Notes: generated by a model from the letters alone, not told the origin. A stretch of DNA of 64,000 nt from a virus (IMGVR_UViG_3300030102_006261:1-64000), one strand, 5' to 3'. Shown: positions 1-8,120, counted from the first letter of the stretch. Program-made: numbers and translations.

Positions 1-159
1 GTTGATTTCGTCGTAGCCCTTGGGATTGAGAAGGCCGTGCCCTCTACTCTCGTCGAATCCGGTGCCGACCAGGTAGACTCCCTGATCGTGGTGCGCTTCG
101 AGAATGCGCCATTCGTTTCCTTGCGGGTCGTTGAACCGCCATCCGATTGCTCTGTTCAC
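1..159 (-). CDS. Hypothetical early protein, runs off the left edge
   Basis: Not in ORF track; GTG at 159 overlaps TGA of upstream gene, GGAGG at 171-167; open frame MNRAIGWRFNDPQGNEWRILE... to position 1. Confidence 0.6.
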   Translation of the reverse strand, partial: MNRAIGWRFNDPQGNEWRILEAHHDQGVYLVGTGFDESRGHGLLNPKGYDEIN

Positions 160-416
160 TGGCTTGCCTCCCATGCGGCTTCCTCTTCCGGAGTGAGCTT
201 GCGAAGATATTCGGTCTTCGGTTCCTCGTAACTTGCGGTGGCGGCTTGGTAGAAGCGTTCCCCGTCGAAGTTGTCGTTGGTTCCCACGAGTGCTTGCTGC
301 ATTCGGGAAGCGAGGATGATGTGGTCACCCTCCCACATTTTCGAGTCCTTCGCGTAGTCGTCGATGAACTTTGCGAGGAAGGTGTAGTGAGCGCGTGTCA
401 TTCGTGGTTTCTTCAT
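156..416 (-). CDS. Hypothetical early protein (86 aa), leaderless
   Basis: ATG 6 nt downstream of TAGAAT -10 box. Confidence 0.75.
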   Translation of the reverse strand: MKKPRMTRAHYTFLAKFIDDYAKDSKMWEGDHIILASRMQQALVGTNDNFDGERFYQAATASYEEPKTEYLRKLTPEEEAAWEASQ

Positions 417-422
417 GTGTGT

Positions 423-451
423 ATTCTACTCCGAATCGGCTGGTGTGTCAA
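423..451 (-). promoter_or_regulatory. Sigma70-type early promoter TTGACA-17-TAGAAT
   Basis: -35 at 451-446, -10 at 428-423; shares GTATTCTACTCCGAA (421-435) with 1051-1065. Confidence 0.85.
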
Positions 452-467
452 GTGAAGGGGTGACGAT

Positions 468-487
468 TGTGGACAACTTGTGGATTA
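468..487. promoter_or_regulatory. Two tandem DnaA-box-like 9-mers
   Basis: TGTGGACAA 468-476 and TGTGGATTA 479-487, each one mismatch from TGTGGATAA, 11-bp period. Confidence 0.45.
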
Positions 488-724
488 CTCCCACAGTCCA
501 TAGTCCTCGTCGGTTCCCCACCCTGCGGACGCGAGGGAGTCCGCATCAGTCCACGAATCGTCTTCGAACGAATCGTCTTCGAGTTCCTCGGTGGTCGCGG
601 GATCATCGCTGTAGAAGTCGGGGATGTGGTCCTCGATCGTTTCCCCGTCAGGGAGAATCCATGAGAAGTCGTCGTGGACTTCACCGGGGAGATCGTTGTT
701 GAACTGGTCATCGAAGGTGGTCAT
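485..724 (-). CDS. Extremely acidic small early protein (79 aa), possible DNA mimic
   Basis: 27 D/E and no K/R; own promoter and AAAGG RBS; C-terminal DADSLASAGWGTDEDYG. Confidence 0.75.
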   Translation of the reverse strand: MTTFDDQFNNDLPGEVHDDFSWILPDGETIEDHIPDFYSDDPATTEELEDDSFEDDSWTDADSLASAGWGTDEDYGLWE

Positions 725-754
725 GAGTTGAGCCTTTCTGTTTGAGTTGCTCTG

Positions 755-783
755 ATTGTAGCAGGAATGGGGGACGGTGTCAA
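755..783 (-). promoter_or_regulatory. Sigma70-type early promoter TTGACA-17-TACAAT
   Basis: -35 at 783-778, -10 at 760-755. Confidence 0.85.
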
Positions 784-1046
784 GCGTAGCACATGCAAAG
801 TCTGTGATTTTCGAGATCCCAGTCCTTCCACGTCATGGAGTACGCGAGAGTGTAGAGGGCTTCCGCTTGCTCACGGGTGAGGGGAACCGACTCCTCACGG
901 GAGCAGTCGAACAGGTAATACCCGACCTTTCCCTCGTCCTTCTGATCGATGAACCCCTTGTCGAATGCGACGAGTTCCACGCGGGGGTGATCGTCATCGA
1001 TGGAGAGATCCGTGAAAATTCCGACTGATTGAAGTGTTGCATCCAT
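780..1046 (-). CDS. Hypothetical early protein (88 aa), leaderless
   Basis: ATG 6 nt after TAGAAT. Confidence 0.75.
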   Translation of the reverse strand: MDATLQSVGIFTDLSIDDDHPRVELVAFDKGFIDQKDEGKVGYYLFDCSREESVPLTREQAEALYTLAYSMTWKDWDLENHRLCMCYA

Positions 1047-1052
1047 GGTGGT

Positions 1053-1081
1053 ATTCTACTCCGAAGTGGTCAGGGTGTCAA
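1053..1081 (-). promoter_or_regulatory. Sigma70-type early promoter TTGACA-17-TAGAAT
   Basis: -35 at 1081-1076, -10 at 1058-1053. Confidence 0.85.
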
Positions 1082-1407
1082 GTGGAGGGGGAGAGATTTT
1101 CGGACTTTTCGAGATATTCCCACAGGAGCCCCCGATGCTCATCCCGTCGAGCGAGGTAGAGGTGACTGCTGAAGACCTCAACACCGTAGAAATCGTCCCC
1201 GTTCTCGTCCATCGCACGGAAAACGTACGTTTCACAGAGATGCTGGTCCTCGATGCTCATGACTGCGGACACCACGAAGGTTTCGGTGTTGATCCCGTCA
1301 GGTGAGAAGTTCCATACAGTCTGGAACAGGGACTTCTGATACGTTCCCTCTTCGATGATCTTGCGGTTTCGGGTGCGGATGTACTTGATGTCGTTGAGAT
1401 TTGTCAT
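1078..1407 (-). CDS. Hypothetical early protein (109 aa), leaderless
   Basis: Start moved to ATG 1407 (MTNLNDIK), 6 nt after TATAGT. Confidence 0.7.
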   Translation of the reverse strand: MTNLNDIKYIRTRNRKIIEEGTYQKSLFQTVWNFSPDGINTETFVVSAVMSIEDQHLCETYVFRAMDENGDDFYGVEVFSSHLYLARRDEHRGLLWEYLEKSENLSPST

Positions 1408-1413
1408 GAGGGT

Positions 1414-1442
1414 ACTATACCACAAGGGCAGAGGTACCGCAA
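1414..1442 (-). promoter_or_regulatory. Sigma70-type early promoter TTGCGG-17-TATAGT with extended TG
   Basis: -35 at 1442-1437, TGTGG then -10 at 1419-1414. Confidence 0.7.
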
Positions 1443-1522
1443 CCCCTAGGTCCTGTCCGAACAGTAAAAAATAAAATTTTTTTTAGGGACTCAAATCCGG
1501 CTAGCGATAGCCGGGATATTTT

Positions 1523-1879
1523 TCAGCCCCTACCCCCGGCACCCTCTTCGAGATACACAATACCTTTTCGGAGCATCTCGGGGTCATCACAGAGTTTCCC
1601 CAGCCCATCATTACATCGCGAACAGAGCAATCCCCTGACATCCCCTGTTTCATGACAGTGATCAACTACCAGTGGATCTGGTGGTCTCCCCTTTGCGGGG
1701 GCTCTCTTTACGGCACGGATCACATCCTCGTGTCGCCCACAGAGCATACAGCAATACCCCTGCTCTTCGCGCATACGATTATATTCATCCAGATCAATAC
1801 CATATTTCCTACGCAGATGCCCACTACGGTCATACACCTTACGCTCTTCTGGAGTCATATCTTTATATCGTTTGCTCAT
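1523..1879 (-). CDS. Recombination endonuclease VII-domain (HNH-type) protein
   Basis: KYGI..EY..EQ..CMLC, VDHCH.TG.VRGLLC..CN.GLG; start MSKRYK 6 nt after TATAAT. Confidence 0.85.
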   Translation of the reverse strand: MSKRYKDMTPEERKVYDRSGHLRRKYGIDLDEYNRMREEQGYCCMLCGRHEDVIRAVKRAPAKGRPPDPLVVDHCHETGDVRGLLCSRCNDGLGKLCDDPEMLRKGIVYLEEGAGGRG

Positions 1880-1885
1880 GGGATT

Positions 1886-1913
1886 ATTATACCACAGAAC
1901 GTACATAAAACAA
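1886..1913 (-). promoter_or_regulatory. Extended -10 promoter TGTGGTATAAT (weak -35 TTGTTT at 16 bp)
   Basis: -10 at 1891-1886, ATG 6 nt downstream. Confidence 0.65.
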
Positions 1914-2007
1914 CCCCCCCCCCAAACCTGAAAGCATACTACGGGACTCCAAACCGGAAAAAATTTCTCGGCAAAATTTTTGATATATACCTTTGAGGGA
2001 GAATGCC

Positions 2008-2346
2008 ATGCATGAACAAAAATCTTCTCCTACAGTATGTGAACAGTGCCAAGAGAAAGAACTACAACAGACTAAGCACGAACTACACAAGTGTCAGAGT
2101 GCAAACTCAGCAAAAGATAAAGAACTCAAGAAGAAAGACAAGAAGGTCTTTATACTCATGTGTATCGTCGTAGGTATAGGTGCTATCTTTGGTAAGGAAG
2201 CATTAGACAGTATCTCTGAGTGGCTCGAAACAATCGGCAGTGTCAAGAGTGGTGTTGAGAATCTAACAGCGAGTATCGTACCTGGTCCTGCTACACTCGG
2301 TATGTTTGCTCTTGGTGGTGTAACAGTGAGACCAAGAAAAAGATAA
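2008..2346 (+). CDS. Membrane protein with C-terminal PEP-CTERM-like sorting signal
   Basis: CxxC and coiled coil, TM VFILMCIVVGIGAIFG, tail VPGPATLGMFALGGVTVRPRKR; GGAG RBS before ATG 2008. Confidence 0.65.
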   Translation: MHEQKSSPTVCEQCQEKELQQTKHELHKCQSANSAKDKELKKKDKKVFILMCIVVGIGAIFGKEALDSISEWLETIGSVKSGVENLTASIVPGPATLGMFALGGVTVRPRKR

Positions 2347-2420
2347 ATAGAGTGGACAGAATGACAATACGATGCCTTTCATGAAGTGACGCACACACAC
2401 TCGTTTCGAGGGGGAAACAC

Positions 2421-2648
2421 ATGTCAGGTATTCTTGCAATTACAGATCATCTTATCACAATCGGCATTAGTATTGCTGGACCCATTGTGCTAGCAATTCT
2501 GGGATTCATGCTTAAGCTCTATTCTACAATCAGTCTACACACTAAAATGCTCGAAGCACATGACAGACGAATTCGTGAAAATGTGGCTAAACTGAGTAAG
2601 ATGGAAGACAAGCAGTACTCGATCGTACAGAAGATCCCACCTAAATAA
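2421..2648 (+). CDS. Small membrane protein (N-terminal TM plus coiled coil), possibly holin-like
   Basis: Hydrophobic N-half, charged C-half, GAGGGG RBS, GATAAATA upstream. Confidence 0.55.
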   Translation: MSGILAITDHLITIGISIAGPIVLAILGFMLKLYSTISLHTKMLEAHDRRIRENVAKLSKMEDKQYSIVQKIPPK

Positions 2649-2988
2649 GCCCTGATCTCCAGAGTTCGTCTGTGAGGAACATTTCGAGTTCCCCGCACTC
2701 ACGCTCTCCGTCATGAGTCCATGTATCTTCGATATACTGTCTTACGTGTATCATCTCATGTATAAGGGTGCTGACGAAATCACGAATAGTCATGTTGGTA
2801 TTGAGCCGAATTACGTAAGTGTTCGGCTCTTTATCAGGTAGACATTCTCCGTAGTAGCCGTCCAAAGCCTGAATTAGCAAGCGGAGCGAAAACTTGTGGT
2901 CTTGCAAGCTTAAATTAGAAATCGCCCAGTCTATAGTAATCTGAGCGATTCTTCTTTCGTATTGTTTTCCACCGCGAATGGTGAGCAT
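2641..2988 (-). CDS. SprT-like zinc metallopeptidase
   Basis: TLIHEMIHVRQY HExxH motif; TGATG coupling to upstream gene. Confidence 0.7.
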   Translation of the reverse strand: MLTIRGGKQYERRIAQITIDWAISNLSLQDHKFSLRLLIQALDGYYGECLPDKEPNTYVIRLNTNMTIRDFVSTLIHEMIHVRQYIEDTWTHDGERECGELEMFLTDELWRSGLI

Positions 2989-4061
2989 CAGAATTTTGTA
3001 CCGGGAGATCTTACGAACGATGTGAGGTTGCTCGTGGAGACAGATCTGCTAGGATCTCTTCTTCTACGCTCCATCTCTTCCTTCTCGTATCCGGTGAGTT
3101 TGCTTGCGATTTCCTGTGCGTCTGAATAGACTCCGAGTCCAGCAAGGGGAACACCTACGATTCCGAGAGCCTTACCACCCGCACGAACGAGCGGGTTTCT
3201 CGCGACTAGTCTGGCGATATTGCCAATTCTGGACATTGTGCTGGGTGGTTTTGGCACCGCCTTAAGATCAGCAGCTCTCTTTGCCATGTCCGACTGGAAT
3301 TTACCTGCCTTGTCCTCAATACCACTTCTGATCTTGTCGAGACGGGCTCTTTGCTCCGGAGTGTAATCATCGACACCTGTTGGAGCTTTAGGGGTATCAG
3401 GTTCGAGCTTACTCGTTATCTTCTTGTCATAGTCCGCTCGTGCTTTATCTAAATTCTTCTGAAGCTTTGACTCCACATCGTCAGCGGCAATCTTTTTCTT
3501 TGCGTCCTCTATGTCACCACTAATCTTCTTGAGTTCTGCTTCCTCTTCTGGAGTGAAGAAGTTGAGATCTGCATCGTTTGCAGGTTTCGGTGTCTTGGGA
3601 GTTCCGGGTTCACGATAATCAGGTGACGCACTTCTTTGTGCATCGAGTTGATCCATCGCAGCCTTCATCTGTGGTGAGTCACCAACTTTTGGTGGTTTTT
3701 GCTTTTCGAGGAACTCTTTTTCTATGGGATCCATCTTGGCAGCATCAATATCTTTTTTAGCGGCACCAGGTCCTGATGCATCAGGTACGTCGTATCCGGC
3801 ACTCTTCATTCTTGATTTACGAAGGCGATCTATTTCTTTTGCCGCTCTTTCATCTACTGGTTCGCCGTAGTTTTGACTTGGACGGATAATAGGTTCTTTC
3901 CCAAATGATCCTGCGTCTGGTAGAGCGTCTTCCGGTTTGATTCTGGATTGATCCAGATACCTTGAAATCTTAAATCGATCTGGACCATCATCATCTGGGA
4001 ATGATTGTGAATACTTCGGTCCCTTGTCGATCTCTGTGATGTATGTTAGAAATGATCGCAT
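2988..4061 (-). CDS. Probable internal head protein
   Basis: N-terminus MRSFLTYITE resembles T4 capsid-targeting sequence; charged low-complexity body; hydrophobic segment near C-terminus. Confidence 0.6.
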   Translation of the reverse strand: MRSFLTYITEIDKGPKYSQSFPDDDGPDRFKISRYLDQSRIKPEDALPDAGSFGKEPIIRPSQNYGEPVDERAAKEIDRLRKSRMKSAGYDVPDASGPGAAKKDIDAAKMDPIEKEFLEKQKPPKVGDSPQMKAAMDQLDAQRSASPDYREPGTPKTPKPANDADLNFFTPEEEAELKKISGDIEDAKKKIAADDVESKLQKNLDKARADYDKKITSKLEPDTPKAPTGVDDYTPEQRARLDKIRSGIEDKAGKFQSDMAKRAADLKAVPKPPSTMSRIGNIARLVARNPLVRAGGKALGIVGVPLAGLGVYSDAQEIASKLTGYEKEEMERRRRDPSRSVSTSNLTSFVRSPGTKF

Positions 4062-4987
4062 CAATATCCCATTTTTCGGGGAAGATTACTTTTCATTGCT
4101 CTTGCCATTGCATTTGCAGTGTCCGATGAACGATTCATCATACTTGCTGCTGATGGTGGTCTTCCTGCTTGAGCAGCAGATGAGCGAGCCTGTGATGCTG
4201 TTGATCTAACCGGTTTGGTCAGATCTCTCGGACCACGAGCCAATGAAGCTTGCATCCCTGTTCTACCTCTTATCGATCCGATGGTTGATCGCCCGTCCTT
4301 TGTGATGGTGACTCCACCGGTGTAGTTTCGATTTGCTTGACGAATACCCTCTTCTCTACCCTTTTCAAAATCACTTGGTCCTGTTGGTTGTGGAGCATCG
4401 TCAATGGTTGATTGTGCGAGGTTTGGATCAGGCATCAAACCACCCGCTGGATTCTTCACCATTGGTTTGGTAAAATCAAATGATGGAGTCTGATCTGACA
4501 TCGGATCTGGTTGTGTTGGGGATGCTGAGTCAATTGCAGAGTCAGCGGTCTGGGTTGCTGCTCGTGGCTTCATTGCACCCGATGCCATATCAGTTCTCAT
4601 CTGACCCACACGAGCCTGTCTTCCATCGTCTTCCAATGCACTTATCGCAGCGTCCAGCCCACCTGTGCGCAGCATCGTTGAATATTTACCTGTGGTGGGA
4701 TTACTTTCTCTTGCTTGTTGTCTTCGATCAAGTTCCCTGAGTCGCTCTCTTTGTTCTGGTGTCGCGTTTACGAGTCTGTCATACCGGTCTTGCTCGTTGA
4801 TTTGATCTCGACTGTTACTGAAGTGAAGGTTGTCTCTCATGAACTCATGACCAGGTGTTCTGTCGAGCTTGAGGTGTGCGTCTTGTCGGACACTAAACAT
4901 CGGCTGCGCTGGATTGATGTCATTTGTCATCTTTTTATTTTGTTCTTGTTGTTCGGCAGCCCAATTAAAGAAAAGATTCATGTCCAT
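4061..4987 (-). CDS. Hypothetical low-complexity protein, possibly internal head protein
   Basis: AGGAG RBS, late-like TACATATA upstream, internal QINE site. Confidence 0.6.
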   Translation of the reverse strand: MDMNLFFNWAAEQQEQNKKMTNDINPAQPMFSVRQDAHLKLDRTPGHEFMRDNLHFSNSRDQINEQDRYDRLVNATPEQRERLRELDRRQQARESNPTTGKYSTMLRTGGLDAAISALEDDGRQARVGQMRTDMASGAMKPRAATQTADSAIDSASPTQPDPMSDQTPSFDFTKPMVKNPAGGLMPDPNLAQSTIDDAPQPTGPSDFEKGREEGIRQANRNYTGGVTITKDGRSTIGSIRGRTGMQASLARGPRDLTKPVRSTASQARSSAAQAGRPPSAASMMNRSSDTANAMARAMKSNLPRKMGY

Positions 4988-5014
4988 TTTTAGTTCTCCT
5001 GTGCATATATGTAG

Positions 5015-5995
5015 TCAAACTCCATACTTAACCCTCTCGGTTGTTGACAGAAAAAGAACGTCAGGTCGCCCCTCAATGTAAGTTCTCTGTGGTGCGATGA
5101 CACGAAGCCCCGGATACTTTGCGGTTCTGTTACGGGATCGGTCCTGACGAATGACAAACACCGGTAATTTCATTCTGGGAATATCTGTTACTGTTGTGTA
5201 TATCGCACCACCCTTGATGCGGAGTGTATTGTTCACTTCCTCCCACACAAAGTCCGTGGGAAAAAATCCACTCTCAACAATCGCTCCATTGGATGATGCG
5301 ATGTCTGACCCAAAAACTAAAGCTTGTATTTCGGCGTTTGTTGGTTCCAAAGCGACTCTAGGTGTTATTGCAAATGTCCCCTGCGGTTCTCTAGTAAGAG
5401 TAATCCTACCCTCTTCAGATAGTGCATCCAGTAACTCATCTCGTTTTGTTTTGAACAGAACGTCAGGTGATTCCCAGTATTGTGCGGTTGGATCCTTCAC
5501 TGATATGTGAAAGATACCAGAGTCTGTTTCGAGATCTATGTCAGATTTATTGACAAGCCCTTGCTCATTACGACGAGAGGATGTGGCAACCGATACTGCT
5601 CTTTTGACTCCTGTTCGTTTTATCTTACGATGCCCTGCCTCTAACACAACCGTGATAGGAAGCCCTTCGTTTTCCACTTGAATCGCTTGATTAATTGACT
5701 CAAGTAGTCTTGTCTCCGTTGCAGCACCTGCTGATCCCGCACCCTGTCTCTCCGTGGGTTTGAGAACAACTTTGATTGCACCTACCTGAACACTTTTACC
5801 ATCTGGTGACACCTGCGCGCCCTCAAATAGCTGACCAATTTTTTGTGCTTCCATCGGACGCTGTGCGCCCGGAACAAGCACAGTTACGTTGCGAACACGA
5901 TCCCCAGTCTTGAGATTTTTGAATTTGGTGTAGCCGTGAAAGCGAAGAGCGTTTGCCATCTCTGCTGCTGTTTCTATGACTTTATTGTCAGGCAT
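5015..5995 (-). CDS. Putative PD-(D/E)xK nuclease-fold protein
   Basis: E..L (ATETRL) then KSDIDL...ISVK motif; GGAG RBS before MPDNKV. Confidence 0.5.
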   Translation of the reverse strand: MPDNKVIETAAEMANALRFHGYTKFKNLKTGDRVRNVTVLVPGAQRPMEAQKIGQLFEGAQVSPDGKSVQVGAIKVVLKPTERQGAGSAGAATETRLLESINQAIQVENEGLPITVVLEAGHRKIKRTGVKRAVSVATSSRRNEQGLVNKSDIDLETDSGIFHISVKDPTAQYWESPDVLFKTKRDELLDALSEEGRITLTREPQGTFAITPRVALEPTNAEIQALVFGSDIASSNGAIVESGFFPTDFVWEEVNNTLRIKGGAIYTTVTDIPRMKLPVFVIRQDRSRNRTAKYPGLRVIAPQRTYIEGRPDVLFLSTTERVKYGV

Positions 5996-6033
5996 AAAAA
6001 TCTCCGAAAGTATGTAGCTCAAACCACATAAAA

Positions 6034-6041
6034 TATAAATA
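6034..6041 (+). promoter_or_regulatory. T4-type late promoter TATAAATA
   Basis: Exact gp55 consensus upstream of GAGGAG RBS. Confidence 0.8.
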
Positions 6042-6057
6042 ATACGAGGAGTGTCAA

Positions 6058-6342
6058 ATGAAAGATTTTCTAGAATATCTTGATGAAAACATCGAAGAAG
6101 AAAACATTGAGTTAAATGCCAAGGGTATGATCGGTGATGAAGTAAAAGACGATGAAAAAGATCATGAGGGTGAAATGGCTAAAATTCAACTTAAGAAAAT
6201 CAAAGACTACTCAGGATCTTTGTTTGACATGCTCAAAGATGATGATCAACTAAAAGCGTGGATTCAAAGTAAAATCACTAAAGCTGCCGCAGATATCGGC
6301 TCCGTAAAACACTATATGGCATATAAGAAAGAAGAACAATGA
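6058..6342 (+). CDS. Probable internal head protein
   Basis: MKDFLEYLDE CTS-like start; HEGEMAK..L...AWIQSKITKA domain; late promoter. Confidence 0.7.
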   Translation: MKDFLEYLDENIEEENIELNAKGMIGDEVKDDEKDHEGEMAKIQLKKIKDYSGSLFDMLKDDDQLKAWIQSKITKAAADIGSVKHYMAYKKEEQ

Positions 6343-7190
6343 AAAACTACAAAAGTCCAATTAGCACCATCCGTCATATCATGCTTGAGTATGGTGGTGG
6401 AGTCGTACCAGCAATGAGAAAGCGTGAGGGTGGTGAAGTTAAACCTGTAGATAAAAAGGACAAGAAGAAGAAAGTGGACTCATCCATGCCAGTAGAGACC
6501 ACTGAGTCTCGCGTTGATCACATTCGAGGAATTGTAGAAGACCTTGGAAAAATGGAACGCAGAATACAAGCAGGTGATCGACGTGAGGGTGATGAAGCCA
6601 GAATAAAACAAATGTACGATAAGCAAGTGCGAGTGCAGCGAGAAAAGGGTGACCTTCCAGCAGAACTTCAGAAGGAGAGACCCTCCCGTGATGTTGAGGG
6701 CAGAATGGAAGCAAAGACAAGACTAAAAAACATGAAACCAACTCCAACAGGTGAAACTAGATATTACAGACCAGATGGGACTGACGTAACCTCTGCGGTT
6801 AATTTTAGAAACTCTATTGGCGGAGAACATCATGGTACCGTGGAAAGTCAATTTACTGCCCATCCTGAACACAAGCAAATGGTCCAACGCACTTCCCTCA
6901 GTAGTTCGGTTCCACCCGCGCAAGCACTCCATGGTATTTTTACGAAAACAAGTGATCCACAAGGAAAGGATCCACATATCGCAGTGATGGCCGCATATGG
7001 TGGTCCTTATCACCCCGAAGGTGGTGCGGAAAGAACTGTTGAACCACTTATGATGTCTATTAAGAATTTTAGATCTGCACGAGCAAACCTTCCACGCGGA
7101 GTCTCTCTCACTACTGGTGGAGTTCCACAAGATTTCATCAACCACGCCGTCGGTGACAACGAACATCCCATGAGTCTACAGAGAAAATGA
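6339..7190 (+). CDS. Hypothetical protein, possibly internal head protein
   Basis: ATGA coupling; IMLE and GIVE candidate cleavage sites. Confidence 0.65.
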   Translation: MKNYKSPISTIRHIMLEYGGGVVPAMRKREGGEVKPVDKKDKKKKVDSSMPVETTESRVDHIRGIVEDLGKMERRIQAGDRREGDEARIKQMYDKQVRVQREKGDLPAELQKERPSRDVEGRMEAKTRLKNMKPTPTGETRYYRPDGTDVTSAVNFRNSIGGEHHGTVESQFTAHPEHKQMVQRTSLSSSVPPAQALHGIFTKTSDPQGKDPHIAVMAAYGGPYHPEGGAERTVEPLMMSIKNFRSARANLPRGVSLTTGGVPQDFINHAVGDNEHPMSLQRK

Positions 7191-7594
7191 TCAAATTCAC
7201 TGAATTCATCAGTGAGGCACTTACGGTGCAGCAGAGACAGAAGCGATCTCTTGTTGCCAGACGCACTGCACGTATACGTGCTACGAAAAGAAAGCTAAAA
7301 AGCAGGAAAAGAAAGCCAGAATCTGAGCTTAAGGTGAAAGCTAGACGTGCTGCACGTAAAAAAATCATGCAGAGATATGTTGGAGGGAAAGATTTCTCTA
7401 AATTGCCACCTAGTGCGAAGCAACAACTCGAAAAAATGGTCGATAAAAAGCAAAAATCACTCGAAAAAATCGCACTACGACTTCTTCCAGTGGTGAGAAA
7501 AGACGAAGGTGTGCGTCTTAGCAAAATTTCGAAGAAAAAACCCGCAAAAGTAGGAAAATCATCGATAAGAATTTCTGGTCTTGACGCTTATTGA
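7187..7594 (+). CDS. Highly basic internal/prohead-core-like protein
   Basis: MIKFTEFISE CTS-like start followed by K/R-rich helix (ALTVQQRQKR...LLPVVRKDE). Confidence 0.7.
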   Translation: MIKFTEFISEALTVQQRQKRSLVARRTARIRATKRKLKSRKRKPESELKVKARRAARKKIMQRYVGGKDFSKLPPSAKQQLEKMVDKKQKSLEKIALRLLPVVRKDEGVRLSKISKKKPAKVGKSSIRISGLDAY

Positions 7595-7622
7595 TTGACA
7601 AATTCGTTTTTTCGTGTAAAAT
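7595..7622 (+). promoter_or_regulatory. Sigma70-type promoter TTGACA-16-TAAAAT inside phased A-tract region
   Basis: -35 at 7595-7600, -10 at 7617-7622. Confidence 0.7.
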
Positions 7623-7802
7623 TGAGAAAAATACCTCAACTTTGGACAAAAAATGAACAAAAATAGCAAAATTTACCGTTTTTTGGAAAAGCACCTCCAA
7701 GGAGTGCTCGTTTTTGAATTTATTTCTTGGGTTATTTGCTTTTTTGTGTTATTTTTTATATTACTTGCGGTAATTATCGACTTTTTTGGATGGAAATAGC
7801 AA

Positions 7803-8120
7803 ATGTCTGGATTTAAACTGAGCACGATAACACTCGGTCCGCATGGTCGTGGATTTGCAATACGATTTTCGAATAATTATGTTGTATCTGTGCAATTTGG
7901 TCCTAAAGATAACTGTTCAGTTAAAAACCAATCTCTGGACGACATAGTTTCACTGGACAATCTGGATGATGTGCAGTCTGACGCTGAAGTCATAGTTTAT
8001 GACACGACAGGAAATCCAGTAGTGTTCAATTCATCCGGTGATGAAAGTCATGGATTTACAACACCAGAAAAACTCGTATCAATATTAACTTGGGCAATGA
8101 GGAGAAATCATGATTCCTAG
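7803..8120 (+). CDS. Hypothetical phage protein
   Basis: GF.I.F.N.Y.VSVQFG pattern seen in small phage proteins. Confidence 0.65.
   Translation: MSGFKLSTITLGPHGRGFAIRFSNNYVVSVQFGPKDNCSVKNQSLDDIVSLDNLDDVQSDAEVIVYDTTGNPVVFNSSGDESHGFTTPEKLVSILTWAMRRNHDS

Larger units (their letters stand above)
1486..1957. repeat. Imperfect 15-bp direct repeats flanking the EndoVII-like gene
   Basis: GGGACTCAAATCCGG 1486-1500 vs GGGACTCCAAACCGG 1943-1957 (13/15), both next to A/T tracts. Confidence 0.5.

Noticed and set aside
554-583. 15-bp tandem repeat CGAATCGTCTTCGAA/G
   Set aside because: Only two copies, encoding EDDSF/EDDSW in the acidic protein; not an array
37-1305. Plus-strand ORFs in the early block (37-231, 147-455, 415-702, 467-664, 777-1028, 1045-1305)
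   Set aside because: Antisense shadows of promoter-supported minus-strand genes in GC-rich sequence
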